DNA of 64,000 nucleotides from Lepidodermella squamata (lineage: Eukaryota > Animalia > Gastrotricha). Made by a program: the position numbers and the translations under genes. Position 1 is the stretch's first letter. Every line of letters starts with the position of its first letter. Where the stretch lies: NCBI GenBank assembly GCA_047495785.1, contig JBLDXI010000007.1, positions 124,001 to 188,000 on the forward strand, read 5' to 3'. The notes below the pieces were generated by a model. The model saw only the letters and a list, made by a program, of their open reading frames with translations, was not told the origin of the DNA and did not search any database. Below are positions 26,487 through 39,362 of this stretch, in pieces.

Positions 26487-28117
26487 ATGGGAGATCTATT
26501 TCTCGGTTTCGACCTGAGCACTCAGCAGATAAAATGCTGCGCTTTGGATTCGCATCTACACGCGATAGATGAAGTTGTCGTTGATTTTGAGGTGGACTTG
26601 CCTCATTACAAAACCACCAGAGGATATATTGCCCGAAGTGATGGTTCGAAAGAAGTTGTCGCTCCTGTGGCAATGTTCATTGAGGCCACAGATTTGGTTT
26701 TCGAGCGCTTAAGAGTCAAAGGCTTCCCCTTTCATCGTGTGAAAGGAATTAGTGGCGATGCGCAACAGCATGGCACTGTGTATTGGAATGAGAACGCCGA
26801 AGCTTCTCTAGATACTTTAAATCCATCCGAAAAATTAACGACTCAGCTAGGAAGTTGTTTTTCGAAAAGCGTGTCGCCAATATGGATGGACTTCTCTACC
26901 ACTCCGCAATGCGATGAAATGAGAGCTAAATTTGGAGAGCAGAAAATTCTAGAGATCACAGGCTCTGTACCAACTGAGAGGTTTGGTGGACCTCAAATAT
27001 TGCGTTTGGTACAAACGGATCCAAAAACATACGAAGCTACCCATCGTATATCGCTTATTAGCAGCTTTTTCTGCACTCTGTTTGTCGGAAAATTCGCGCC
27101 GATCGATTACAATGAAGCAACAGGAACCAACTTGTTTGATTTCAAGTCAAAACAGTGGGATCCTGAAATATGCAACTTCATTAGTCCGACTTTGATTTCG
27201 AAATTGGGCCAGGCCGTGCCCTCAGAAACCATCGTCGGGCCTATAAGTAACTACTTTGTGAAACGTTACGGGTTTAAGGAGGATTTTTGCCAAGTCATCG
27301 CTTTTACTGGCGACAACGCTGCTTCGTTATTCGCGTCTGGTTTGAAACGCGACGACGTATTGGTTACTTTGGGCAGCAGCGATTGCGACTTTTTTGTAAC
27401 TGACCAGCCTACACCTAGAGCTGGATGTCATGTCATGGGCAGCGCGACTAGTCCCGATGAGTATTTTTCACTTTGCTGCTTCAAGAACAGCTCACTTGCT
27501 CGGCAGAAAGTCCGTGACGATTGCGGCTTGAAAACGTGGGAAGATTTCGATGAATCAATAGAAAAGTCGACAAATCCAGGAAATGACGGAAATCTTGGGT
27601 TGTACTTCTTCGTCCCGGATTCATGCCCTCCTGGGGCACAGGGAGTTGTTCGAAAGGATAAAAATGGGAATTCACTAGAACAATTCTCGAGCCCTGCCAT
27701 TGAATGCCGTGCAATTCTAGAGAGCCAAATAACAGCCCGGCTTTGGCACGCTGAGCAATCTGGTAAATTATATAATTCAAAATCTTGTCATCAGATATTT
27801 TTATGTCGCTGAATTTAGGGTTTGTCTTGAAGCCGGGTGTGACCAGGGTTTTACTGACTGGCGGAGCTTCGAAAAATAAATCGATTCCGCAGATATTTGC
27901 CGACGTGTTCGGCGCTGATGTATTCATTACCGATAATCCCAATTCCGCGGCTTTCGGCTGTGCTCTACGGGCAATGCATGGCTTGAAACTCCTCGATCTA
28001 AAGCTAATTGATGGAGGAGATTGGCGGAAAATTGCTAGTTACCGAAAGGATTATAGCGAAATATATGCCAAATTGAAGGAACGTTACGCCAAGGAACTGC
28101 CCAGTCTCATTCATTGA
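26487..28117 (+). CDS. XYLB: Xylulose kinase, copy 1. Exons 26487-27762, 27819-28117
   Basis: LGFDLSTQQIK, QQHGTVYW, WMD, ERFGGPQI, ISLISSF, FTGDN, LTGGASKN. Confidence 0.92.
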
Positions 28118-28245
28118 GAAAACGAATTTCCACCTTATTTTATCGCCCATATTTTCTTGTGATTCTCCTAGTCAAATGGTGCTAATCCTTCCTTGATCAA
28201 AGTTAATTTAACACACATTTATCCAATATATAGGTGTTAAAGGGA

Positions 28246-29928
28246 ATGTTTATCGCACCTAGCATTGCTTCTTCGCTGGTGCAGCTGGTTCTTCAAAATT
28301 CGCCTGAGGGAAATCGAGAATTGAACCGTGTCATAGATGGCGCTAATTTAACATCGCATCTACCGCTAGTCCAAGCAATTCATGCCGCCGTCCGTAGCGG
28401 AAATATTGAAGCTTTCAAAATACTGCTTTCAAAAAGCAGCCCAGATGAAATCAAGAAGATTCTCAATACCCAGATGGAATACACATCCGATAGTACGATG
28501 CCGTTATTTTTAGCCGCGGCAATCGGCGGAAACGTTGCTATGGTCCAGCTGCTGCTTGAATACGGCGCTGATCCCAACTCGAAAATTGCCGGCGTCGATG
28601 TTACCATCCTTTGCTTTATTTGCTTCAATAAATTCCGCGAGGATCCAAACAGATTCAGCCAGGTAATTATTTTTATTTTCAAAATTACATGTTTCTTCTT
28701 GGAAATTTTCAATGTAAACAAGAGTGCATAAAACTTTGGTCCATTTTATCTTGTTATTGTCTGAAGATGGAATGAGATGACGTCAAAACGTCACAAACTA
28801 CGATGGACCAAAGTTTTATGTACCGCTGTTTAAACAAGATGAATGGTAAACTGAGTATATCTAGCTGAGCATATTTTTATACATAGTTGCCCTTGTTGCC
28901 TACACTTTTTTAATCAAATTAAACTCTTATTAAATTACATTTTGGCCGGTTTTGTTGTTTTGACACGAATGACTTGACCTGGTGGTGGACTGTGGACTGG
29001 TTTTATTGATGATTCTTCTTTAGTTGAGCCTTAAATGAAAAATAATGTAAACATGTTAATATGAGTAATTGAAATATTCTTTAATTCCTTATTTGAAATT
29101 GTATTTATTTTTCAGGTTATTACTCTGCTGCTCGATCACGGCGTGGACTTGTCGATTGCCTCGAAATACAACAACGGCGCATTTAGCTCCAGCTATTTAC
29201 CGCTTCATTTCAGCGCCGAATTAGCGAAAAATGCACCTTTGCTAGCGAAAAGAATCGTTGACAATACGCCGCCGAAATGCTACGACCTGCCAGCCGTAGT
29301 TCGGTTTGGCACGTGTTTTTCTCAAGACGCGGTCGGAACCCCGCTAAGTTTGGCCATCCAACGGGCAGTTATCATTGCCGAGGCGTGTGAAATGTTCAAA
29401 AACCACCCAGGCGATCAGTTCGGCCACGTCCACAATCCATTCCGGGAGGAACATCGAAATCTCAGCGAAACTTTCTGCCGGCGCCTCATTCACAACGTCG
29501 CGCTGCCGCTGATGCAATACGGCGCTGCTTTAAATCCAGACCCGTTATCGGTACCAAATGACAGCTACCGAATCATGTTCACCGATTCGTTTCTAAGCTC
29601 GGTTTTGTATCCGTATCTCGACAACCCGAGCGGTATGTTCATCAGATTTATCGTCGCTGCCCGCCAGACGTCGCGAATCGACGTATCAGCGCTTGAAATG
29701 AAGCAGTCGGCAAGTCACCCGTATTCCAGCCACGTTACGACTCAATACCAACGGATCTTGCAAATATTGAAACCGTTATTCCCACTCAGCCTTCAGGAGA
29801 TGTGTCGCATTTCGATATTGAAGAGCCTTCCGAAAGGCCCGGTGCGGGAGAAGGCGATTGCTGAACTCAGCTTGCCACCTATGCTGACAGCTTTCTTGCA
29901 GTTTCCCGAGTTCGCGCTTCAGCTATGA
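28246..29928 (+). CDS. Ankyrin-repeat/SOCS-box (ASB-like) protein 1. Exons 28246-28662, 29116-29928
   Basis: Ankyrin-like AAIGGNVAMVQLLLEYGADPN; C-terminal SOCS box PLSLQEMCRISI...LSLPPMLTAFLQF. Confidence 0.8.
28715..28832. mobile_element. Short MITE-like inverted-repeat element in the ASB-like 1 intron
   Basis: Imperfect ~30-bp arms: TAAACAAGAGTGCATAAAACTTTGGTCCAT (28715-28744) and ATGGACCAAAGTTTTATGTACCGCTGTTTA (28803-28832). Confidence 0.65.
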
Positions 29929-30531
29929 TGACAAAATGCGAACTAAACTTCATTTCCATGTTGTGCATTTACCATGTTGTTGTTGTCAATAGATCCGATT
30001 GAATCCGTAAATTTTCGGCCGGCCTGAAGTTTGGAATTATTTAGTTCCAATGCTTGCGTCCTCATTATTGCCCTCCTTTAAGTTTGCAAGGATGTTTGAA
30101 AGCTTTGAAATGTTTGAAAAATTGAAATTTGTTAGGATTTGATCAGATCGATTGGCAGACAACTTTATTTTTCTTCGATTTGCAAAGCATTGACGTTCGT
30201 TGAATTTTACACAAATATAAAGCTGTGCTTATTAGAGATTGGAGAAGGATATATCTATAAAGGGAACGAATTATGAAACGAATGTATTGAGATGTTGGTA
30301 AAATGAAACATTTCTAAATATTCCCAAGTATTTCACAACTTTATGAGCTTCTACAGACCATTATTTTCGTATAAATTGAATTCGGAATGACCTGATAATA
30401 CCTTATATTATTTCTTGAAATGCTGTTAATATTGTTACAGTAATATTTTGGTTCAAGTAAAAACTTTCATTTGTATTTAAATCGTGATAATAATTTTTGT
30501 TATTTTTAGAATTTGTTATAACGATCGCATT

Positions 30532-31767
30532 ATGGATATAGACGCCGAGGTGTTCAAACAAACGCTGGTTAAATTGTTCTGGAAGAAAGACGCCGAGATC
30601 GTGTCTCAAATTCGTGCGCTATTGGATCAAAAATCGCGAGATTCAAAGCTATTTTCGATCGAAGTTTTCGCACCGGCTATTCACCAGGCGATCGCTGGTG
30701 GCCATACGACGGTGCTCAAACTTCTGTTGGACCGTTGCAAGTGCTCAACATCTGAAATGGTTGATATTCTGAACAGAAAAGTGATGAATCAAGCCGTTCC
30801 TATCGAACTGGCGGCTGCTCAAAACGACGAAGAAATGTTGGAAGTGTTGTTGAAAGCCGGCGCAGATGCTAACGCGAAACTCGACGGACGCAACGTGACA
30901 GTTTTCGCGTTTGTTTGCGGCAACTACGACGGCCACGACGTGCGAGAACCAGCGCCGCATCTCAACAAAACGATCAGCCTTTTCCTCGAATTCGGAGCTG
31001 ATATCCTCCTCGAATCGTCGTACGATTTCGCAAACTACCTTCATCTCTCTGACCCAGCTGAAAGTGGACTGCCCGGCGTGAAAAATACGTTTTTACCCAT
31101 TCATTTATGCGGCGAGTTGGCGAAACGATCTTCTGAGGCGTCGAAGCGAATAATCGACGCAACGCCTAGTCGAATTTACGACTCAGTTTCGTTGTCTGCG
31201 GTGGGAACGTGCGGTTTCGGCCACGTCGGATCGCCGCTTTCAATCGCAGTTTTCCACGGCCTGGTCGAGGAAACGCTGCACTATTCCGCGATTGCCAATC
31301 ACATCTACGCCGAGTCGATCGACGACGGCGAGATAATGGACGAGAATGTGGACGAGCATTTCGAATCTGTCACCCGGCGCGTCTACCTCGGAGCTGTTTG
31401 GCCGTTGTTTCTGGCTGGAGCTCGACTACTGCCGGACCCGTTTGCCAATCGCAGCTCAGACTATTGGCGGGATTTGCTCAATGCGGATGATTTGTTGTTC
31501 AAAGCGTGCCGTAATTCAAACTGGTCTTTGCTCGAATTTGTCGCGGCTGCTCGGGCGCGAAGTGGCGTAGATTTTATGCCCAGCAATAACGAAGCTTCCA
31601 ATAGGCTTAGTGCAATTTTTCCGCTATCTCTGCAAAAAATTTGCCGTTTTGTGATCTCTAATGCGTTGCCTAAGGGTTTTAAATCTCGCAAACAAGCCAT
31701 AGAATCTCTTCAGCTGCCTTCTGAACTCAACGAATTTTTACAGTACCCGGAATTTATTTTAAAATAG
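30532..31767 (+). CDS. Ankyrin-repeat/SOCS-box (ASB-like) protein 2; intronless paralog of 28246-29928
   Basis: AAAQNDEEMLEVLLKAGADAN; shares LPIHL..ELAK and VGSPLSIA with copy 1; SOCS box FPLSLQKICRFVI...LQLPSELNEFLQY. Confidence 0.8.
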   Translation: MDIDAEVFKQTLVKLFWKKDAEIVSQIRALLDQKSRDSKLFSIEVFAPAIHQAIAGGHTTVLKLLLDRCKCSTSEMVDILNRKVMNQAVPIELAAAQNDEEMLEVLLKAGADANAKLDGRNVTVFAFVCGNYDGHDVREPAPHLNKTISLFLEFGADILLESSYDFANYLHLSDPAESGLPGVKNTFLPIHLCGELAKRSSEASKRIIDATPSRIYDSVSLSAVGTCGFGHVGSPLSIAVFHGLVEETLHYSAIANHIYAESIDDGEIMDENVDEHFESVTRRVYLGAVWPLFLAGARLLPDPFANRSSDYWRDLLNADDLLFKACRNSNWSLLEFVAAARARSGVDFMPSNNEASNRLSAIFPLSLQKICRFVISNALPKGFKSRKQAIESLQLPSELNEFLQYPEFILK

Positions 31768-32053
31768 ACACTTGTTTTGTTGTGAAGATAAATGTACACG
31801 TATGTATGACCCTATGATATAATATAAATAAAGCACTCGTTTTTACTAGCTGAATGCGCTTCGTCTATAACAAAAAAAAACTGCGTAGCCTACGCCAAAA
31901 GTCCGGAGTGGCTGGAGTCTTGTGTCCGAAGTCCAGGGTCATTTAACATGTATAAAAGAGCGGTTTTACTATCAAGTTACCACAGCATTTATCGTAGCTG
32001 ATAATTTTGCGGCCCGCTTTTATACGACATGGTGCCTGTTATATGTAGAAAAT

Positions 32054-34480
32054 ATGGCTGAAACTTATTATCTCGGTTTCGACCTCTCCACTCAGACTTT
32101 GAAGGCGTCGATTGTCGATTTGAACTGCGACATCGTCTGCGAGGAGTCGGTTGATCCCGAGTTTGATCTGCCTCAATATGGAACAGTTCGATCTCACTAC
32201 GAAAATGAGGCAACTAAAGAGGTGACAACTCCTGTCCTCATGTGGGTCGAAGCCATCGAGTTGGTGCTAAACCGCCTTAAAGCAATTTTCCCACATTTCG
32301 ATAAAATTGCTGCAGTAACTGGCGGGAGTCAGCAATGTGGCACAGTATATTGGCGTAAACACGTTGCTCAAACAGCTTTATCAGAACTAGATCCAGGCAA
32401 AAGTCTAGCCGAGCAGTTGAGAAACAGTTTTACAATCGCGAACTCAGCAATTTGGCTCGACTCATCAAGTCGGCCGTACTGCGAACAGCTTGTCAAACGG
32501 TTCGGGGTAGACACGATTTTGCAAATCACAGGCTACGTACCAACTTTGGGCCTGGCTGGTCCTAGAATTTTGAAAACAATTGTGACAAAGCCGAGCGAGT
32601 ACGCCGAGACTGAGCGAATTTCGATGATGTCCAGCTTTGCGTGCAGTCTTTTCCTGGGGCGGCTGGCGCCGACTGATTACCAGGACGGGATAACAACAAT
32701 GCTTTTCGACTACAAACAGCGCACTTGGTCCGGATATTTGTGCGATAATATTGACCCTGATTTGCGGACAAAACTTGGCCCGATCGTGCCATCATCAAGC
32801 ATTCTAGGCAATATCAGTCCCTATTTTGTTGAAAAATTCGGATTCTCGCCGTCTTGTAAAGTCGTTGTTTGGACAGGTGAGAGCAACATGCATTTTTTTA
32901 TTTTACCATTTCCTTAAATTCATTAAACTTAGTATAGAAAAATCACGGAAAAAATGGTACATTGTGGCATTGGTTTTATTTTAGTAAAAATTATGCGCTC
33001 GTAAGAGATTTATTTTTGTTCAAAAACGGACCAGAATGATGCCCTTTTCACGGACTCGGAAAATTAGCTAGGATAGATTGAGGAATATTAATATTCATGA
33101 GGTGTCTTGAAACTAGGACATTCTTATAGCGTAAAAAATCTGACCAAAAATGAGCTATTATCACCAAGTTAGGATAAATCTAAAGTATTTTTTGCTAAAA
33201 TTTCTCCTGCAACTTTGCTCGTTCTTATTGCATCTGAATTATAATTAGCACCTCATGAATATTCAGATTTGTAAACCTAATAAAACTACCCTGTCTGTCC
33301 GAGTTACGCTTTCCCTTATCTTTGTGTTATTCAGGCGCATGCTAATATTAGCTCAAGCGCGTGCGAGATATTTTTATTTTCAACGCAGCGAACTTCAACT
33401 GGCGCAGCTTCTAAATATCACTGCATGAGAGGAAAATTAGGTGCATAATAAATGTGAGAGCGAAAACGTTAAAAATGCCACCTTAATTATTTTTAAGATG
33501 AAACACACTGTTCCCCCTAATTTTTTATCGCGCGATAGAACTAGGCGGACATTTTCATGTGACTGACAACGGGCCAGCTTTAACAGCTGCTAGTAGAGTG
33601 GGACATAGGCTATTATTATTGTGAATTTCGTGTCACATCGATTGGCATGAAAACATGTACGAGGAGAAAGACTAAAAATATTAATTTTTCTTTTACAAAT
33701 TTTTCAGGTGATAACGGCGGCTCAATCGTTGGATCTGGGATTTGTCACGGCGATGTATTTCTCACGATGGGAACAGGTGACTGCCTCGAATTCTTATCCC
33801 GTGAACTGCCGGTTTGTTCGAAAAAGGGCGGCTTCATGTTCATAAATCCACTCGATAATAAAACCTACGCATATGCAATTGGTTGGAAAAACGCCGCGCT
33901 GGCTCGAGATCGAGTCCGCCGTGAATGCAACTATTCGACCTGGGAAGAATTTGAGGACGCTGTCGCCAGTCGCCCGCCTGGAAATTCCGGCAATATCGGA
34001 CTCTATTTCTTCCAACCCGATGTCATGCCGCTTTTCGCTTATGGCGTAGTCCGCCAGAACGCTAATGGCCTCAACGTCGATGCGTTCGATGCGCCAACCG
34101 AATGCCGAGCCATAATTGAAAGCCAAATGTTACAGCGTCGATACGACTCGGAGCAGCTTGGCCTGAAACTGAGCCCGCAGACGAGGCTGCTACTAACCGG
34201 CGGTCCTTCGATGAGCCCGGCGATTCGCCAAATCACCGCCGATATATTCGGCGTGCCAGTTTACGGCATGGACACTGTCAATTCGTGTAGTTACGGCGGA
34301 GCTTTACGAGCGTACTACGCCCTGAAAAATCAAACTGAAGTCGACGAGGAGATTTCGCGAAGGAAATGGATTTTACTAGCCGAACCACGGGCAGAATTCG
34401 CGGCGATCTACGCAGAAATGCTAAAACGCTACGCTGAACTAGTCGAACCATTGATTCCACCTTATTTTGCTAGTTGTTGA
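32054..34480 (+). CDS. XYLB: Xylulose kinase, copy 2 (divergent). Exons 32054-32876, 33708-34480
   Basis: YLGFDLSTQTLK, QQCGTVYW, WLDSS, ISMMSSF, WTG|DN, LLTGG. Confidence 0.85.
33054..33304. repeat. Nested inverted repeat (MITE-like) in the XYLB copy 2 intron
   Basis: AATATTCATGAGGTG (33090-33104) and CACCTCATGAATATT (33249-33263), with outer ACTCGGA / TCCGAGT. Confidence 0.45.
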
Positions 34481-34576
34481 ATGTCTTTCTATCAATTGAT
34501 CCTCAGATTTTAATGTATGATATTATTGTTGATTAATTACAATTTTTTTGAATTTATTAGATATTTTTCTAAAAAA

Positions 34577-36398
34577 ATGTCTTCAATCGCTTTGGTTTAT
34601 TCTATTTTTTCGAATTTTATCCTGACGACCGGCGCGATTGTTGGGGTTAGCCTGGCCTATTACTACTTGAGAGTCTACCGGCCGAAACGCCAGATATTGA
34701 ACAAAATTCCGAACGTCTTTGCCAACTGGCCAATCGTTGGATCGGCTTTTCACCTGAAAGATGGGCCGGAGTTTCGTAAACAACTGCGCGATTATTGCTA
34801 CTACGAGCATGGCCCTGATGGTATTTGCGTCGTGTGGATCGGCATGCACCCGGCTGTTGTGCTATGGCGGGCTGACTACGTCGAAACCCTGCTCTCAGGC
34901 CATGAAATCAAGAAAAGCTATCTATACAATTTTGTGAAACCCTGGCTGGGCGAGGGCTTGCTGACCAGCCACGGCGACCACTGGTATCATCATCGCAAAT
35001 TGTTGACGCCGTCGTTTCATTTTCGCATTTTAAACGACTTTGTACCGACGATGAACGAACATGCTGAGCATTTGGTCGAATCGCTGGAGCGACACACCGG
35101 CAAGGGTGAAGTCGATATTTTTCCTCTGGTCACAATTTCGACCCTGAACACGATTTGCGAAGCTGCAATGGTAAGCATTTTTTTTATTTTAAATTTTTTT
35201 AAATTTTATTAAATTTTTCGTTTAATTTTAATTATAAATTTTGGAATTTCAATTTGATTTTGTTCAATTTTTAAACATTTTTTTTTTAATTTTTAGGGAC
35301 AAGCTACCGGCGAGGATGACCGCAAAGCTCGAACCGAAGTTTTTGAAGCTATTATTGAGGTGTCGCATTTGATTCAAAAGCGCCAGAAAAACCCGCACCT
35401 GTGGGTCGAGCCGTTTTTCTCGCTGACCCCGACCGGGCAGGCCATGAACCGTAATTTGAAAATCATCCACGATTACACGGAGAAAATTTTCCAAGAGCGT
35501 AACGCGAGTTTCGATCGCAAGGCCGTTGAATCGTTGATGTTGACGGACGACTCGGGCGATGGTAAAAAACGCAAACCGCTGCCCTTCCTCGACTCGCTTC
35601 TATATTCGTGCGAGAATTTCACGAAATTGTCAGCCCAAGACATCAAGGACGAAGTCAACACGTTTCTATTCACGGTAAAAATCCAGAATTTTTGGTTGAA
35701 CTATTGATTTTAATGAATTTTTTCAGGGCCATGATACGACCGCAGCTTCGATTTCTTGGACGTTGTACCTTCTCGCCCGTCATCCGGAGGCGCAGAAAAA
35801 AGTTCACGACGAGCTTGACGAAATTTTCGGCTCGAGCAATCGCCCGATAACCGTTGATGATGTCCGCAATTTGCGTTACCTCTCGGCGTGTTTGAAAGAA
35901 AGCCTTCGCTTGTACCCGGTCGCGCCGATTTACGGCCGTGAGTTGGTTAACGACGTGAAATTCGGCGACTACACAGTCCCGGCTGGTTCGACGATTCTTG
36001 TGCTGAACGAAATTCTGCATCGCGATCCGAAATATTTTGAAAATCCGCTCGAGTTCAAGCCGGAACGGTTTTTAACCACGAGCCAGGTCGATCCTGATGC
36101 GGATGATGCTGGTACTAACACCAAGATTCATCCCTATGCCTATGTCCCATTTTCGGCTGGTCAGCGAAATTGCATTGGTATTTTTTTGCGATTTAATGAA
36201 TTATTATTTTTTACAATTTTGATAATTTTTTTTCTAGGTCAACGATACGCTCAGATGGAGGATAAAATTATGGTTGCGGCCGTTATGCGTCGCTTCTCAC
36301 TCGAGTGCGACTACACGGAAGAGGACATTCAGCCCGCCAGTGAGGTCATCCTGCGTCCGACCAAAGGCATTAACATGCGAGTCAACTATCGCCAATAA
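34577..36398 (+). CDS. Cytochrome P450, CYP4 clan, copy 1; 4 exons
   Basis: PWLGEGLLTS, W..HRKLLTPSFHF, EVNTFLFT|GHDTT, KESLRLYP, FKPERF, PFSAGQRNCIG|QRYA. Confidence 0.95.
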
Positions 36399-37576
36399 TT
36401 TTGAAATATCTCATCAAAAAAACACAAACTACAACTTTGAATAATTGACATGATTTTATTTATAATTTTTTTTCCGTTTCCATATGTTATGTTGCCTATC
36501 GATGTGAATGGGACGTCAGTGAAAGCATAGTTCACATTATTCCGGTGTTATTCTTTGAGATTGTTTATGAAATTCTTCCGCTTCAAGCATTTTTTGTGGT
36601 TGCATGTTGCATTTGAAATAAAAATTTATGGGTCTAATTGGCTCTTTTTGCTCCTAAAATTTTCAAGTTCCAGGTGGCTGAAGCTGAAAACAAGCACATG
36701 ATTTGCTCAGAGAAAATTCGAACAGAAAACTGCTCGGTAAGGTCACGCTTCGCTTCATTTTTGGCAGATTTGCTTTGGTAGAGCAGAAATTCCTAGTTTC
36801 GGCCACTTCCTAAAAATGCGGTCGCTGCGACCTAACTTCGCCGAAATTTGGACTCTAAGGCACTTTTCTGCACGCAACTCAAGAAATCTGCTTTGTTGAG
36901 CCAATCAGTTTTATGATTTTTTGCACGTGATCGCAATGCAATTATTCTAAATGCGGGTTTCGTTTCTCAAGTGCTATGTTACCATTGATGCCAGAGTTTC
37001 AGGCACCACGCCGTCAAGGAAAAGGTCCCAGGTAAAGCAACAAAGGCGATTTCCAGACTAAGCATGCCTGGACGACTTAAACGGTATTAAACTTGAGGCA
37101 TTGGCGTAACTGGATGTGGTGGCCAAAATTAGGGCACCCGGTTCCCTAATTCCGGCCAGGAGACTAGATGACTTCGAAATTAGCCACAAATCAAGGTAAA
37201 ATCGTCCGGATTTACGGAAACCAGCAATCGATAGCAGCAAGAATATAGCGCAAGAAATTCTGTATTTGCCGAATATTTTCTAAAAATTCACCTGGCTGGC
37301 AAAGTAGTAAAAACCCGAAAAGTGGCTGAATTTAGGGTGGGATGCGCTAATTCTTTGAAATAGCTTTTCATCATTAAAACATATAATGATCATCAGTCCG
37401 AAATCTGATGCCTTTTGTTTCTAGAATTATTTGTGGTATGACTTCATGGTTTGATGCTAATTGCTCGTCCGTCCCATCAAAATCCCATCAAACTTATAGT
37501 GACGCATTATTATTTTTTCCGAAGTAATTTTTCCAAATAAGACTATTTTATTAAATAAAAAAAAATTCACATAATT

Positions 37577-39289
37577 ATGCTGACAACATTTCTTTTTATC
37601 ACCGCTGGTTGTTCTGCGATTATCGGAATCGCAACATTCCTGTACTTCTTATATTATTACTGCAAAGTTTACAGACCGCTGAGAAAACGCCTTGATTTGG
37701 TTCCAGTCAACTTTCCATCCTTACCTCTCTTCGGCTCCACATTTTATCTCAAGCTCGATAGTACTAGATTTCGACAGCAATTCTTCCAATACTGCTACGA
37801 TCAAAATCGAGAAGCTGGAATTTGTGTGATATGGTTCGGAATGCATCCGGAAATTTACATTTGGAAGGCAGAATTCGTTGAAGTTTTGCTGCTAAGCCAC
37901 GAAATTAAGAAAGGGTTCTTCTACGATTTGCTGAGACCGTGGCTCGGCGAGGGCTTGCTGACAAGTCATGGCGAGCTGTGGTACAAGCATCGCAAGCTCC
38001 TGACCCCTTCTTTTCACTTTCAAATACTGAATAATTTCGTCCAAGTGATAAACGAACAAGCCGAACGTTTGTCTGATATGTTCGAAAATTACGTTGGTAA
38101 AGGTAAAATTGACATTTTCCCCCATATCACATCTGCGACGTTAGACATCATTTGCGAGGCAGCCATGGTAGAAAAATAGTTATTCTCGTTGATTTTAATT
38201 ATTTTCCCTATATTTTAGGGGCAAACGACGAATGCTGATGACAAAATGGAAAGGGAGAAAGTGTTTCGAGCCATCAATCGCATCGCTTATTTGATACTAT
38301 TCAGAACTAAACGGCCGCATCTTTTCTCCGATTTTCTTTTCTTCATGACTCCTGAAGGCAAGAAGATGCGAAAGCAGCTGAAGATCATTCACAGTTATAC
38401 CGAAAAAATTCTTCAGCAACGCTTGGCCAACTTTGATGCCGATTCAGTCGAGACTACAATGACTCCAGACCGTGGAAATTCGCAGAAAAGTTCAAACAAA
38501 AGTCAACCTTTGCCATTTCTCGATTCGCTATTGTACGCTAGTGCAAATTTTACCAAATTATCGCTGCAAGAAATAATCGATGAAGTCAACACCTTTCTCT
38601 TCGCGGTAATTTTCCCCTATTCATCAAGATCGAGCCCTACTTTCTGTTTTTAGGGACATGATAGTACGGCTGTTTCTGTTACCTGGACGTTGTGCTTACT
38701 AGCGCGGCACCCTGAGGCGCAGTTAAAGGTCCAAGATGAGCTCGATAGCGTATTCGGTTCGAGTAATAGATCGATAACGGCTGGAGATATTCCGCAGCTA
38801 CGATACCTTTCTGCTTGTTTCAAAGAAAGTCTCCGTCTATATCCAGTCGTTCCTCTTTTCGGCCGACGGTTAGACAATGATTTGAAGTTGGATGACTACG
38901 TCATTCCGAGCGGAGTTTCCGTCAACATTCTTGTCGAGCTTCTCCATCGTGACCCGAAATACTTTAAAGATCCCCAAGATTTCAATCCTGAAAGATTCTT
39001 GACCCTCGACGATCAGGCAACGAATAAAATCCATCCTTATGCCTACGTACCGTTTTCAGCTGGCCAGCGTAATTGTATAGGTAATTCTCACTTCTTCATT
39101 TGAAGATTCCAATTGAAGATTGATCGTTTATTAGGTCAACGTTTTGCTCAAATGGAGAGCAAAATTATTCTGGCTGCACTTCTTCGACGGTTCCATTTCG
39201 CGTGCGATCAAACTGAGGAAGAAATTGGCCCTGCTTTCGAAGTAGTTTTGCGCCCGACTTCAATCAAAATGCGAATAAACTATCGATAA
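37577..39289 (+). CDS. Cytochrome P450, CYP4 clan, copy 2; tandem paralog with the same 3 introns
   Basis: PWLGEGLLTS, RKLLTPSFHF, EVNTFLFA|GHDST, KESLRLYP, FNPERF, PFSAGQRNCIG|QRFA. Confidence 0.95.
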
Positions 39290-39362
39290 TTATAAATTTC
39301 GAATTACGAATAAAGTGGTTTTTATTGAAAAAATTGATTAAAAATTGAGCGAAACTAAGAGG

